Assembly (NCBI GenBank): GCA_030264375.1
Contig: JASCQW010000190.1
Coordinates: 88,464,907-88,528,906, forward strand
Direction: 5' to 3'
Length of the DNA stretch: 64,000 nucleotides
Origin: Carcharhinus longimanus
Lineage: Eukaryota
A model generated the notes under the pieces. The model had not been told where the DNA came from, made no database searches, and saw only the letters and a program-made list of their open reading frames with translations. The position numbers and the translations under genes are program-made. Positions within the stretch are counted from its first letter, which is position 1, and every line of letters starts with the position of its first letter. This document shows, in pieces, positions 52,580 to 64,000 of the stretch.

Positions 52580-54305
52580 TTGGTAGGAAAAACAAAAACA
52601 TCATTTGCATCTTAGAAAACAGGGTTCAAGAGCAAAGCGATATGGGTGAACTAATCATTAAGCAGCATCGCAGATCAGCAAATCAATTAAAAAATAACTG
52701 ATGTATTTCAAAGGGTATAGAATTCAGAAGCAGTGAAGGTTTGCTAAATATTGTGCACCGTTCTAGTTTGCATCCTCAAAACAATGAATAAGCACTGGTG
52801 AAAGTATTAACAAGATTTGCAAGAATGATAACAGAACTGAAAGATTATAGGTATTGGGAAGGATTGAACAGATTGGGTTNNNNNNNNNNTGATGGGTTTT
52901 TTTTCTCCTTGGCAAACAGAATTAACCTGATAGAGGCCTTTAAAATTATGAATGGATCAGACAGGTAGATGTAGAGAGAATTATTCCACCTGTGGGAGAA
53001 TCCTTAACAACAACTCTTAAATACAAGGTAATGTCACGGACCACACTGATGTTTGTCCCAACTCGAAACACCGGTTCGTGGTGGGTGTATAGCTTTTTCA
53101 GAATATTGTGAGGAGTCAGGTAAAACCCAGTGAAGAGCTAGTCCCGTCATCGTATAAACAAAGGACTATAATGCTCGAAGACACTTAAGTACACGAATAA
53201 CTAAACACACGGTTTATGTTGAAATTATCACTTGTTCCAAAATATATCTACGATTCTTGAGTTCACCAAGACTTTGCTTTCCCAAACAACATTCAACTTA
53301 AATAAATCTATAAGTCAAATCCAGCTTACAGTTACCAAACAATTACAGGGCTGATGATCAAAACTGGGAAATGTGTTTTCCTGGTCCAGCAAGAATATTT
53401 AAACTGCCTTTACGAAAGTTTCTGCAATGTCTTGGCTCTAAAATTTGGATGCAACATTATAGCATCCCTGAGGAGTGACAGATGTTACAGAATCCCTTGA
53501 GGGAGGTGTGGACTGGGTTCTGGATGTGAGGTGTGGAAGGGACTGTCCGCTTCTGAGGGAGGTAACTGTTACACTTTTTCATTTGTTATTTCAAACTTGA
53601 GAAATTATTCCCTTTTTGAAGCTCAGCATTTCCATAGCACTGAATCACCCAGTCATTGAGGTAAACTGTTCTTGCAAGTGGAAATTAACATTTTATAGCA
53701 GTCATCTAAGTATTTTATTTCTACTACTGAACAATTCACACCTGATTACCTCCAGATGCTGTCATGCCTTTGGAATGCCCTGATTACTTTTAGAGGCATG
53801 CCTATCTCTGGAAATGCTGGTTGTTACTGTTGCTGGGTCGATTTCTACCTTTCAGGCTTTTTTACATTCTTGTTACTGTTTTTTTAAATTTGATTTTATT
53901 TATTATTGTCACATGTATCGGGATACAGTTAAAGTGCTGTTTCTTGCGCGCAAAACAGGGAACATACTGTCCATAGAGTACATGGGGGAGAAGGAAAGGA
54001 GTGTGTGCAGAATATAGTGTTGCAGTTATAGGTTGCTGCTAGGCAAATCCTTGACCGTAATTAATAAATCCAGTAAAGAAGTGAGAAATGTGTGTACTGA
54101 GTGGTTGGAATATAGAACCCAGAACCACAGAAGTGGTTTAGCAAACAACTTAGACGGTTTCAGAAAAAAACTACACAAGTAGATGAGGAAATTTAATAGA
54201 CAGACTCTGAAATGTTGGGATGAGTTTGATGGAGTGTAAGGAAACTTGTGCGGAATATAAACTCTAACAGAGATTATTTGGACCAAATAGTCTTTCTATG
54301 TTTAC
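52580..54305. mobile_element. Old CR1 3' fragment (+) interrupted by an LTR-like insert (53032-53877) and a Rex1/Babar tail (53885-54045, -)
   Basis: CR1-like sequence stops at about 53030 and resumes at about 54057. The insert begins TGTCAC and ends GTTAC. The Rex tail tttgattttatttattattgtcacatgt is shared with other copies. Confidence 0.5.
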
Positions 54306-54433
54306 GTTTGATGTAAGCCATGTAATAACAAATTCATGAGGGAAGACTACTTGATTTATTTTATTGGGATGTTTTTACAACTTGTCTGAGTTTGTCATAC
54401 AGAGGAATGTGATAACTGTCTGTTTATTTGCAG

Positions 54434-54617
54434 GTGTACTGCACAGGCCACCTCCCCAACGCCAATGGTCAGCTCAACTTGCTCCACTTACTATAGTACA
54501 TCTGCTGCCAAGGCTGAACTGTTGAACAAAATGAAGGATTTCCCAAAGATGGCTGAAGAATATTTAGAGGAGCAAGAGGATGAGGAAGAAGAGGACAACA
54601 AGTTGATAGAAAAGAAG
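54434..54617 (+). CDS. SHROOM4: Shroom4-like ASD2 exon (CSTYYSTSAAKAELLNKMKD...EEEEDNKLIEKK)
   Basis: Acceptor tttatttgcag, donor AAG|gtatca. YYSTSA.KAELL.KMKD is the ASD2 signature. Not in the ORF track. Confidence 0.92.
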
Positions 54618-54868
54618 GTATCACATTTTCCCTAGATGTAGAATAGTCCTGGATGATGGGAAGAAGCAGGTGCCAAGCAAGGTCAGCAGGAAGAAGGGCA
54701 GAAAAAAAATCTTAGATGCCCGGCAGCCATTATTTTGGTCCAGGCCTGTGCTTAGACTGCTTCTGCTAAAAAAAAAATCACTTGTCATATGGAGATGTAC
54801 ATTTTCAAATTATTTTTGGTTTAGCAAGCCCTTTTCTAATCATGTTTTTTCCTTATAAATTTCCACAG

Positions 54869-55141
54869 AAACAATTAATTAGCAGTCTTAGTAAGAAACT
54901 CTTAGTGTTGCATGAGGCCCAGAAGAGCCTCTTGGAAGACATCAGTGCAAACTGTGTGCTGGGAGAAGAGGCTGAACGAATGGTGAAGAATGTCTGCAAA
55001 CCAAATGAGTTTGATAAGTACCGAATGTTCATCGGGGATCTGGATAAAGTTGTGAATCTGTTGCTGTCTCTCTCAGGCCGACTTGCTAGAGTGGAGAACG
55101 CCTTAAATAACTTGGATCCTGATGCATCTGAGGAAGAAAAG
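54869..55141 (+). CDS. SHROOM4: Shroom4-like ASD2 exon ([11 protein letters not shown]...[30 protein letters not shown])
   Basis: Acceptor tttccacag, donor AAG|gtagga, phase 0/0. Core of ASD2, the ROCK-binding coiled coil. Confidence 0.95.
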
Positions 55142-56527
55142 GTAGGAATTATCAGAAAATTCCAGTCAATAAATGTATTCTGATGCTCTCTGGAAGTTCA
55201 ATAAATTGTTTCCAGTGAGCTGGGCCTCGCAGTGCATCCAACAGCCATTTGCATCCTCTCTTCATCTATATCTACAGTGACTTCATACTTCCAGCCCAGT
55301 GATGGGATATCAGCAAGGTTCTACTTGCTCTCCACAACCTGTCCCTTATCCACTTCTCTTGTCCTGAAGTAATAGAGAAAGGGAATAATAATTGGAAGCT
55401 GAAAGAGGAGTCCATTAAAAGATTAGAATGGATTGTGCAGCGCTATGCTTTTTAAATCCCTTTGCCTTTTGAAGAAGTATCTAGCTTCCACTTTCTAACT
55501 GACACAGGTTGAATTTGTGTCATACTGTGTGAGGATATTCTGAGAAGATCCCAACTCTAATCACTCCCTGGTGAAATATCACTCCATGATTGGTGGTCTT
55601 CATAAAAAACGCTGGGACTCGACATGCCACGTTGTTGACCCAAATTGTATAATGTAAAACCAGTTTTACCCAGCAGCCACAACTACTCATATCTAACCAA
55701 AAATACAAGTGCTTCAAAACAACCATGGTAACTGTTGCTCTCTCTTTATGGAAAACCAACAAATTTATCCACATAGAAAATTAATAAACAGATACCACCC
55801 CCCCACCCCGCTTCCTTATGCTGCCCCAGTCTCCATCAATTTCATTGTTCTCATCTAAAAGTACATCAAAATCTTGTCCCTATAAAAGAATATGAAAAAT
55901 CCTTTTCCTTTGTACCATCTTGAAGATAATGATATGTTGTGGTAGTGCCCACACGTTGCTTTATAATTACATGGAACTTGACAGATGAGAGTGAAACCAC
56001 AATAGAAGTAGATAATGTCTTTCATTTACAACCAACATGCCAAATTCTACTTATTGTAAAATTTAGATTTAAATGTTTAGGATAATTTTGACATTCTTCC
56101 TACAAAAAAATTGGGTTAGTAGGGATTCCTCATATGATGCATCTAACAATACCAGAAATCTCTCATAATTCAGTGTAGTATATTTGATTTTCTTGATGTT
56201 GAAGTGAGTGTGCACTGTCCAGCAGAGTGCTGAGGTCATAAATATTCTAGGATTGATTCTGTACTGAATTGGCTGACATTTCCACACCAGATAGCAAGCC
56301 CAAGGAAAAAACAAAAAATACTCGAGATACTTTGTAGCATCTTATTTTTAACAGTCGTTTCGGAAGCTCAAAGGCTGTTTAATTTACTTTATTCTATATC
56401 ATAATAAAAACAAGCAGTATCCATGCTGTTAACTTGCTATCAGACAATTTCATTGAAACATGTGGATACAATGGCCGAGTATATTATTGCTAGACTATTA
56501 ATACAAAAATTCAGAAATAATGTTCCA

Positions 56528-57615
56528 AACGAAACAAACAAAGAACAACCCAGCACGGGAAACAGGCCCTTTGGCCCAACGAGCCCACGCCGCCATTTCA
56601 ACAAAGCATTTTCNNNNNNNNNNNNNNNNNNNNNNNNNNNNNNNNNNNNNNNNNNNNNNNNNNNNNNNNNNNNNNNNNNNNNNNNNNNNNNNNNNNNNNN
56701 NNNNNNNNNNNNNCTATAGTATACCCCTAGCATCGTAATCTCTCCCTTTTTATTCCTCAACTCCACCCACAGCGACTCAATCCCTAACTCCTCCATATTA
56801 TCCTCCCTCTGCACTGCTGTGATGTGCTCCTTTACTAACAGCGCCACCCCACCACCTCTCTTCAACCCTCCTCTGTCACACCTAAAACACTTATACCCAG
56901 GAACATTCAGCTGCCAGTCCTGCCCTTCCTTTAACCACGTCTCCGTTACTGCCACCACATCTAACTTCCTCACAAACATCAAGGCCCTAAGCTCATCCGT
57001 TTTACCCGTCACACTCCTCGCATTGAAACAGACGCAGTCCAACCCACCAGGGCCACTCAGAACCTCCTTCTCCCTGATAATTTTCCTTTCACCCAAACCT
57101 ACCCTATCACCCAACTCACTCCCGACCCCAGTGTCTAATGAGCTATCAGTCACATCCCCACCCCCCCTCCCTATTAGTTTAAACCCTGCCTAAACACTCC
57201 AGCTAACCTCCCTGCTAAGACATTTGTCCCTCTCCCATTCAAATTTTCCCCATCCCTCCTGTACAGTTGCCCTTCTCTCACAAATACTTCCCAGTGGTCT
57301 ACAAAAGTAAAGCCCTCTACCTTGCACCAATCCCTCAGCCATGCATTCAGCTGCATGATCTCGTTATTCCTAGCCCTGCTGGTACTAGGCAGCAGCCCAG
57401 AGAATGCCACCCTGGAGGTCCTGCTCTTCAGTTTGGACCCCAACTCCCTAAATTGCCTGCGTACATCTGCCCTACTCTGCCTTCCTACGTCCCTCTCTCC
57501 TACGTGTATTATTACTTCTGCCTGGGTCCCCTCCCCTTTCAAAATTCCCTCTATCCTCTCCAATATGTCCTGTACCCCTGCTCCAGGGAGGCAGACTACC
57601 ATCCTGGAGTTCCGA
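56528..57615 (-). mobile_element. Young CR1 LINE (ORF1 SGNH esterase, ORF2 APE endonuclease, 3' tail) collapsed over a 100-N gap and inserted in a SINE
   Basis: ORF1 VVCLPGAGVQD...HVG...N.WL..WC..EGF.F.DHW...GLN*. ORF2 CFNARSV..K.DEL...DVVAVTETWL...DR....GGGVALLVK. The host SINE is at 56470-56525 and 57618-57885. Confidence 0.92.
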
Positions 57616-58112
57616 CAGGTTTGAATCCTGTCTCGGCAGATGGTGGAATTAGAACTCAGCAATAAACATCTCTAATTAAGGGTCTACTGAAACTATTGTC
57701 GGAAAAACCCACCTGGTTCACTAATGTCCTTTAGAGAAGGAAATCTGCTGTCCTCACCTGGTCAGGCCTATGTGTGTCTCCAGAGCCACAGCAATGTGGT
57801 TGACTGTCAACTGCCCTCAGGAAACTAGAGATGGGCAATAAATGCTGGCCATGCAGTGATGCCCATGTCCCATGAATGAAACAAAACAGGGAACTGAAAG
57901 GGTTTCAACAGCTGATGCCTATCACAACCATGTAGCATGCTAACATTCACTGCATTCACGTATGAATAATAATTATTTGGGAAAGGTGCCACAAAATTGC
58001 AGCTTCCTGTGGCTGCCTTAGCGTGATACAATAGCTGGGGGATAATGGAGGGAAGTACAAAAAAAAGGCAATGCAAATCAAATTGACTAGCACTGTTTAT
58101 TTTAATTTTCAG

Positions 58113-58376
58113 CATACATTGACTGAAAAGAAAAAACAACTCACAGCACAGCTTGAAGAGGCCAAAGAGCTGAAGGAACATGTGGACCGCAGGGAGCATG
58201 CTGTCCATAATATCCTGGTCAAGCACCTGTCAGAGGACGAGCTTCAGGACTATACTCACTTTGTAAAGATGAAATCTGCTCTCATCATTGAACAGAGAGA
58301 GCTGGAGGACAAAATCAAACTTGGGGAGGAGCAGCTCAAGTGTCTGAGGGAGAGTTTATCCTTCAGATTATGCTAA
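58113..58376 (+). CDS. SHROOM4: Shroom4-like terminal coding exon ([10 protein letters not shown]...[34 protein letters not shown])
   Basis: Acceptor ttttaattttcag. ASD2 C-terminus. Stop TAA at 58374-58376. Confidence 0.95.
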   Translation, partial: HTLTEKKKQLTAQLEEAKELKEHVDRREHAVHNILVKHLSEDELQDYTHFVKMKSALIIEQRELEDKIKLGEEQLKCLRESLSFRLC

Positions 58377-61300
58377 AACAGCAACAGCGAAATGTTTGGT
58401 CTAAATCATTAAAGTTAATCTCTTCAAATTTTAGCAAACAAAGAATTCCGTGACCAAATGTTTTAATATCTAATGGTTTTAAAATCTGGAATAGATGTCC
58501 CCTCTCTATTTCTGATTTGAATGTTACAGTAATGAGACCTAGTCATGCTTACTATCTTAACTGTCATTCTTCAGTGAAAGTACGGATACGCTTACTTCTC
58601 ACGATTGGTAAAGGCATCCCATCGGGATCAGGAAGATTCTAAATTCTAGCACCCAGCAGTATTAATTTGTCTGATCTAGTTGGAATATTTTGAGGATTAA
58701 AAATGGCCCCAGGGTCCAGAGCTAGGAAGAATAAATTTAGCTCTGATTTCTGGTCTTGATTTTATATAGTGACCTTTTGGAAACTGTGAATGTTGGCTGA
58801 GAACAACACTGGGCTTGACTGTGATCAGCTAAGCAGTTAAATAGCCTACTGACTGATATTCAAAGTCTGGAATCATGATCAGGAATGTCTCATTGAGCAA
58901 GGTATTGGAGGACTGCCAGTCCTGATTGAAACCTTACCTTGATAAGAATTGGTCCCTTCAGCAGAGGGTAACAGTGATGAAAAGAAAGGACTGTCATATT
59001 TTTGTGATAAATAAATGGCATGAATTCAGGACTTGCGGAAATAACCCCCATCTACTGATTTTTGTTTTAGCCAGCACAGAGCTGTACTCTGCAAAAAGAA
59101 ATCACCCATAATCTGTCCATCCAGATGACATTCTCTCTCAGTTGATGCTGTCATGGTGAAAGAATGTTGTAATTAATTGATTTCTTTCAAAAGTTCCAAC
59201 TTTGTAGTTGTCTTTCACTTGCATGCCTCAGTGGTGCATGCACTATTGCACGAGTCAGTGAACGTATCCTTGATCAGCATCACAGGAATGATTGCCATAA
59301 GAGGTTATTGCAATTCAGATTTTTACTTTAATCACTGGTTAGATCATTTGGCCCATTTATAATCCAGAAGAATCAAAAGTCATCTTGCATCAAACTCAAA
59401 TGATTTTCACTTGAGAAAGATTAATATAAATATTGCCCAAATATTTTCAGTGTTACTGTACAAAGGCCTTCAATGTAATTTTCAAATAGGAAAGAATTTA
59501 GTCTTCCTCTAATGGCTCATAAGTAAATGCACTGCCCAGTGTTTAAATGAGCAACATAGACCAAAGAGTCCAAGTTTTGATCCTTGGTCCATGCTGAGGT
59601 AACTGGCCTTAGCTAAGGTAGTATAGAAGGGGAAAATCAGCCACAGTCCTGGCATCTGACCACCATCGAGTAAGCTTTATTAAAAGTGTGAATGCAGATG
59701 TCAGGCAAGGACAGGATTGGATTCCATTTTGATTATCTTCCATAAGATAGTTTCCCTTCACGGAATATGTGCCAGCACACATGGCCACTTGGTCAAGATA
59801 CTGGAAGTTAATTGGCACCCAGTGCACTTTCAGGGGTAAGAAAAGGGAGGAGGAGGAAGCTTCTCATTAAAAGATGGCACTTTTATTCTTTGTTTAAATT
59901 GCAATCAAAAGACGAATCAATCTCAAACACTGAAACTGCTATGATGTATCTAGAAAATCAGAGCAAATTTCAGGGTTCAGCATTGGATTCAAAATGACCA
60001 AGTGTAGAAAATAATTGGTAGACAATAGTCTAATCCTATGTGATGTGCTTGTGACATCTAGTGACAAGTATCAGTATTACACTAATCTTTGTTTTCATTC
60101 CACACCAGCTAATTTGTTAGATGTTCCCAGTCCTCTCTGTAAAAGATTAAAGTAGGAAAAACTGGTTTCATAGAATGAGCTGTGGATTGACAGCTGGACA
60201 TTAGTCTCCAGCATTGTTGATGCCATCAAACTGGCAACTGCTTTTATCATTAGAAATAATTGTGCGCTAGCATGGAGATGAGATGAAAGTGGCCGAATAA
60301 TGAAGGAATAGTAAGACCTCTGTTTGAGAAAGAAAGGTTTGAATGATTGTTGTGCCATTCTGTTACATTTTGCACACAGTTTCTCATTTATCAGACTGTA
60401 ATTATTTTTGTATCATGTAGACTTGTATGGGCTGGGGTGGGGTGGAAGAATGAGATTTGTTTTAACATTGTTTCTTGTGTTATGTTAGTCTAAAACTTTT
60501 ATTCTAAAACTGGAATTATCAAATTTGTCAAAAATTACAAGGCTGCTTTTATTACATTGTACTGCAAATTACTGTAATCCAAAAAAGACTTCCAGTTGCA
60601 GTGCCTCATTCAGCATTCCGTGCATGGGAAAGTTATTTTGCTGTATATGTGCAGAATTGCTGTGTTAAGAATTACCTTTGAAGTTGGGGTTGATAACTGA
60701 AGGTGTGAGTGGACAGGTTTAGTATCTGGAAGACTTGGAAGTACTTCCAAGTACTTGGCATAACCTGATTTTTTTTTATTTTAATTTCTATTGCATGGTT
60801 GTTTGAGGGCCAGTCCGCAGCCAAAGATCAATGAGCTGGGCCCTCCCAATCACTGGGGAGATTTGGACAAATGCTCAGGTCTGGGATGTGGGGCGGGGGG
60901 AGGTTGGAACAACTGACTGAGTAATGGAGAAGAACAGAATGGAGAGGGCTGAATGCTGAACAGACTGCAGGAAATGTAAGACAAGTTGTGGAGGAGGTTT
61001 GTTTGTTGGGTTGCCCCTCATGCCCACATTCCATTCATTCTGATCATTCCAATTCTTCACGTTGTCCTTCAGGACTGAGACACATGACTCGCAGGCATTA
61101 AAATAAAGGAAATGGAGGCATTAAAATATTTTTTAAAATATTAAACTTTCCACTTGCAACCTTATCTACTTCCTGGGAGCAGGTTGGCCACCTGGTCCCT
61201 AACCCGCTGACCCACCTCTGTTAAAACTAGAAATTTGTGGTCAAGTTGCCCAAATTAATTTTTTACTTCCCCCACCCTCAAAAGCTACCACCAGTGGTTA

Positions 61301-62859
61301 AGATATCCTCAGTATATCTGACTGATCTAGGTCTTCGAAGTGTATGTATGGAGCTTACAATTTATTGTGTGTTATAACAGACAAATTGTATGGTGTACCT
61401 CCATCATTTTTCATTTCTTCTTCACCTTTTACTTCTGTCATTTTATATTCTAACGTAGTTTTGCAGGTTTATTTTTATATCTCTGTGGATTACAGAAATT
61501 CCTGAGTAGGAAAATAAATGTAAATCTAATCTAATGACACTATGATTTCTGTGTTAAACCTATTGCCACTGTTCACAGTATTAGGTGAATGCCTTAAACC
61601 TTTAGTATTATGTTCAGCTATCTACAGTTCCAATTCAGGATTTAATCCCCGTGCTAAAATAGCAGACAAAAGAATGCCATACAAAAATGTTAACTCAATC
61701 GTTGTTTGAAAAATGAAATGGTATTCCACTGTTTCAGTGGGATTCTTCATCAGAATGCTGTTCTGATTGCAGGTTGACTTATCAAATCTTAATGAAGGCT
61801 CCCCCTAATTTACAATCAAACCACTCTCTCTCTCTTAACCACCCCCACCCTGCTATCTGTTTTTGCAAACTTCTGATGCCTTTCTCCTATATCTGTGTTA
61901 TCTTGGCATTGAGGAGAGAACATATGGAAATAATTTTTGCCGTGGTTATAAGATTGACTAATGTTTGTCATTTATTGTACACATTAGAAGCCAATAGTTG
62001 TGTGCTGTTTGGCGACACACATCACTTTTCTTAAACTAGAAAATGAATAATGCTGCAGTATTACAGTACGTTACTGCTCATTTTATGGGTAAGACATCCA
62101 ACTCTCCCAGTTTCTAGTGACACTATTGGCACACCAGATGGCATCACTGCTTCATTGTAGTAGCACACCATAAATACACATTGGCCACAGATGGAAGAAA
62201 TACAATGCATTGCATGTGCATCTCAGCATTGAGTATATGGGGCGAATGTGGGAGGAAAATCATGTATTGTGCTGTAATTCAATCCAGATTGAAACATTGA
62301 AAATTCTAATAATTCTGTGGGATCATGGAGGAAGGGTTTTATCCTTCAATTTCCATATTCAACTAGTGGCAATCCAGACTTATGGTCCCTTTTGCTGATT
62401 TAATAATGATCTGAATTTTCCAGCAAATGTTTGACACAACATGCCACTGATTTTTTTTTCCTCATTCCTTACTTTATTTTTGCTTTATTATTTATGTCCC
62501 CATTTATTTTGTTTTTAACCAGAATAACCTTCTATTCATTCTAACGCTCATCAAGAAATGCTTAAAAACACTTTAGTTACCTGTTTTTTTTCTGAGTTGC
62601 TTTGTTCCCTTTGTTCATTTTGAATTTGGGAGTCACGTTCAAAAAGTTAATATGCATGATTATGAATTGAACTTAAAGATTCTCGAACATCAGAAGTGTA
62701 AAGATTGATTAGTTGTGTCACACATGCAACTTGAATTTGACAAACTGATGCACTGACAAATTGGGTTTGACCCCCAACAAGGTTAGTTATTGGCTGTGCA
62801 GGTCTAACAGAAATAAGATTTATAAGCCAGGGTTTTCCAATCATGCACTTACTATCTAA

Positions 62860-63215
62860 TGTTGTAGAATCCCCACAGGGCAGGAGGAAGGCCTAAGGCC
62901 GATTAAGTTTCGGATCGACTCCCAGGAAGGGCACTGTACCTAGGCCCACCCCTCTGCTCTATATTCATAACCCCATGCATTTTACCATGGCTGATCCACC
63001 TAACCTACACAACTTTAGACACTAAAGGACAATTTAACATGGCCAATTCACCAAACTTGCACATCTTTGGACTGTGGGAGGAAACCGTAGGACCTGGAAG
63101 AAACCCACGTAGACATTAAGAGAATGTGTGCCCTCCACACACAGTCACCCAAGGTGGGAATCAAACATGGGTCCCTGGCATTGAGGCAGCAGTGCTAACC
63201 GTTGTGTCACCTTGT
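62860..63215 (-). mobile_element. HE1-like V-SINE, near full length
   Basis: Reverse-complement head gaggcagcagtgctaacc, V-domain, and a CR1-like tail near 62865. Confidence 0.8.
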
Positions 63216-64000
63216 AAGCAAGCAAGCATGGAAATGGAAAATCCAGACACATTGTTTTCCTAATCAAGTTTGATTTAAAGGTGCTCTTTCTCATATGACA
63301 CATTGTTAAATTTCCAAACCTACTGCTTTCTCACTAGAACTTTAATGTTTAGAGCAGCTTGTCTGAATGGTGTATCTGTGCAGTGCAACGTTCTCAATGC
63401 ACTAATTTCCGAGTGTGGAATTCCAACCCACAATCTTTGCCTTGGGTAAGGAAGCTGTTAACTGAGCCAATGATTAGTGCTCTTGGCTAGTGCTCTATCA
63501 TTCATGGTGATTTGCAATTGTCCTCTTGTCCAATCCTTCCCAGCAAATTTGGCTTTGAGGTTTGATGAGGACCGTTTGGGGGGGGGGGCGGGTGCTAAGA
63601 AATATCGTTGAAAGAAATCTTTAGAATGCACAAACTGCACAATTTAAAATTAAGATTTTTCACATTTTTGAGAACTTGAAGCAAGTTGAAGGAAAGACTG
63701 GCTTAAAAGGTTGACTCCTAATGCCATCTTGTTTCAAAAATCAATTGGGGTGCACAACTTCAATGAGCTTAACTTTGTATGTATGTAAAAATCTCCTCAC
63801 CTCACCTTAAGTAGAAAAAACAATTCTTGGGTTGCCTCCAAACCTTCAGTGCTGAAACAAGACTGAGCTTTTTTCGCTGAGCTCTGCTTCCAACACCACC
63901 TTGTTACTCTTTAGGTATGTGCTTCAGTGTCACTCTGAATATTTTGTGATACCTTTAGTTAATGGAGCCAGATATTGAGAGCATGGCCGACTATTTGATT

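Larger units (their letters stand above)
13254..58376 (+). other. SHROOM4: SHROOM4-like gene, spliced CDS span (5'-partial; PDZ exons not in window)
   Basis: Eight GT-AG exons with compatible phases total 5257 nt and read open to TAA at 58374-58376. SHROOM4-type motifs: RDSAYSSFSASSNASD, HRHSAPE, RFATNLRNEIQ, FAERRKFFEE, PPPPxWEKY, C-terminal ASD2. No recognisable ASD1 domain. Confidence 0.85.

Overview
Vertebrate genomic DNA, most likely a cartilaginous fish (shark), judged from its repeat content: HE1-type V-SINEs, DeuSINE/SacSINE1-like, LF-SINE-like, CR1, Rex1/Babar, Penelope, Harbinger and Gypsy remnants. There are several N gaps. The window holds most of one + strand gene, a SHROOM4-like Shroom family member. 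Eight phase-compatible GT-AG coding exons (13254-13385, 16371-18825, 30436-30500, 34068-35432, 43443-43961, 54434-54617, 54869-55141, 58113-58376) splice into one frame of about 1750 codons ending in the ASD2 domain. The PDZ-coding 5' exons were not found and probably lie upstream. The most unusual feature is an in-frame array of 14 copies of a 48-bp/16-aa unit (34432-35103) that grows out of the conserved PPPPxWEKY motif. It carries nine RKLS sites and aligns in register with the beta-thymosin/WH2 core. Other points of interest are a 28S rRNA fragment lacking its sarcin-ricin loop, a candidate internal promoter for a PDZ-less isoform, several fold-back or inverted structures, and nested transposons. 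All family assignments are from motif recall, not database searches.
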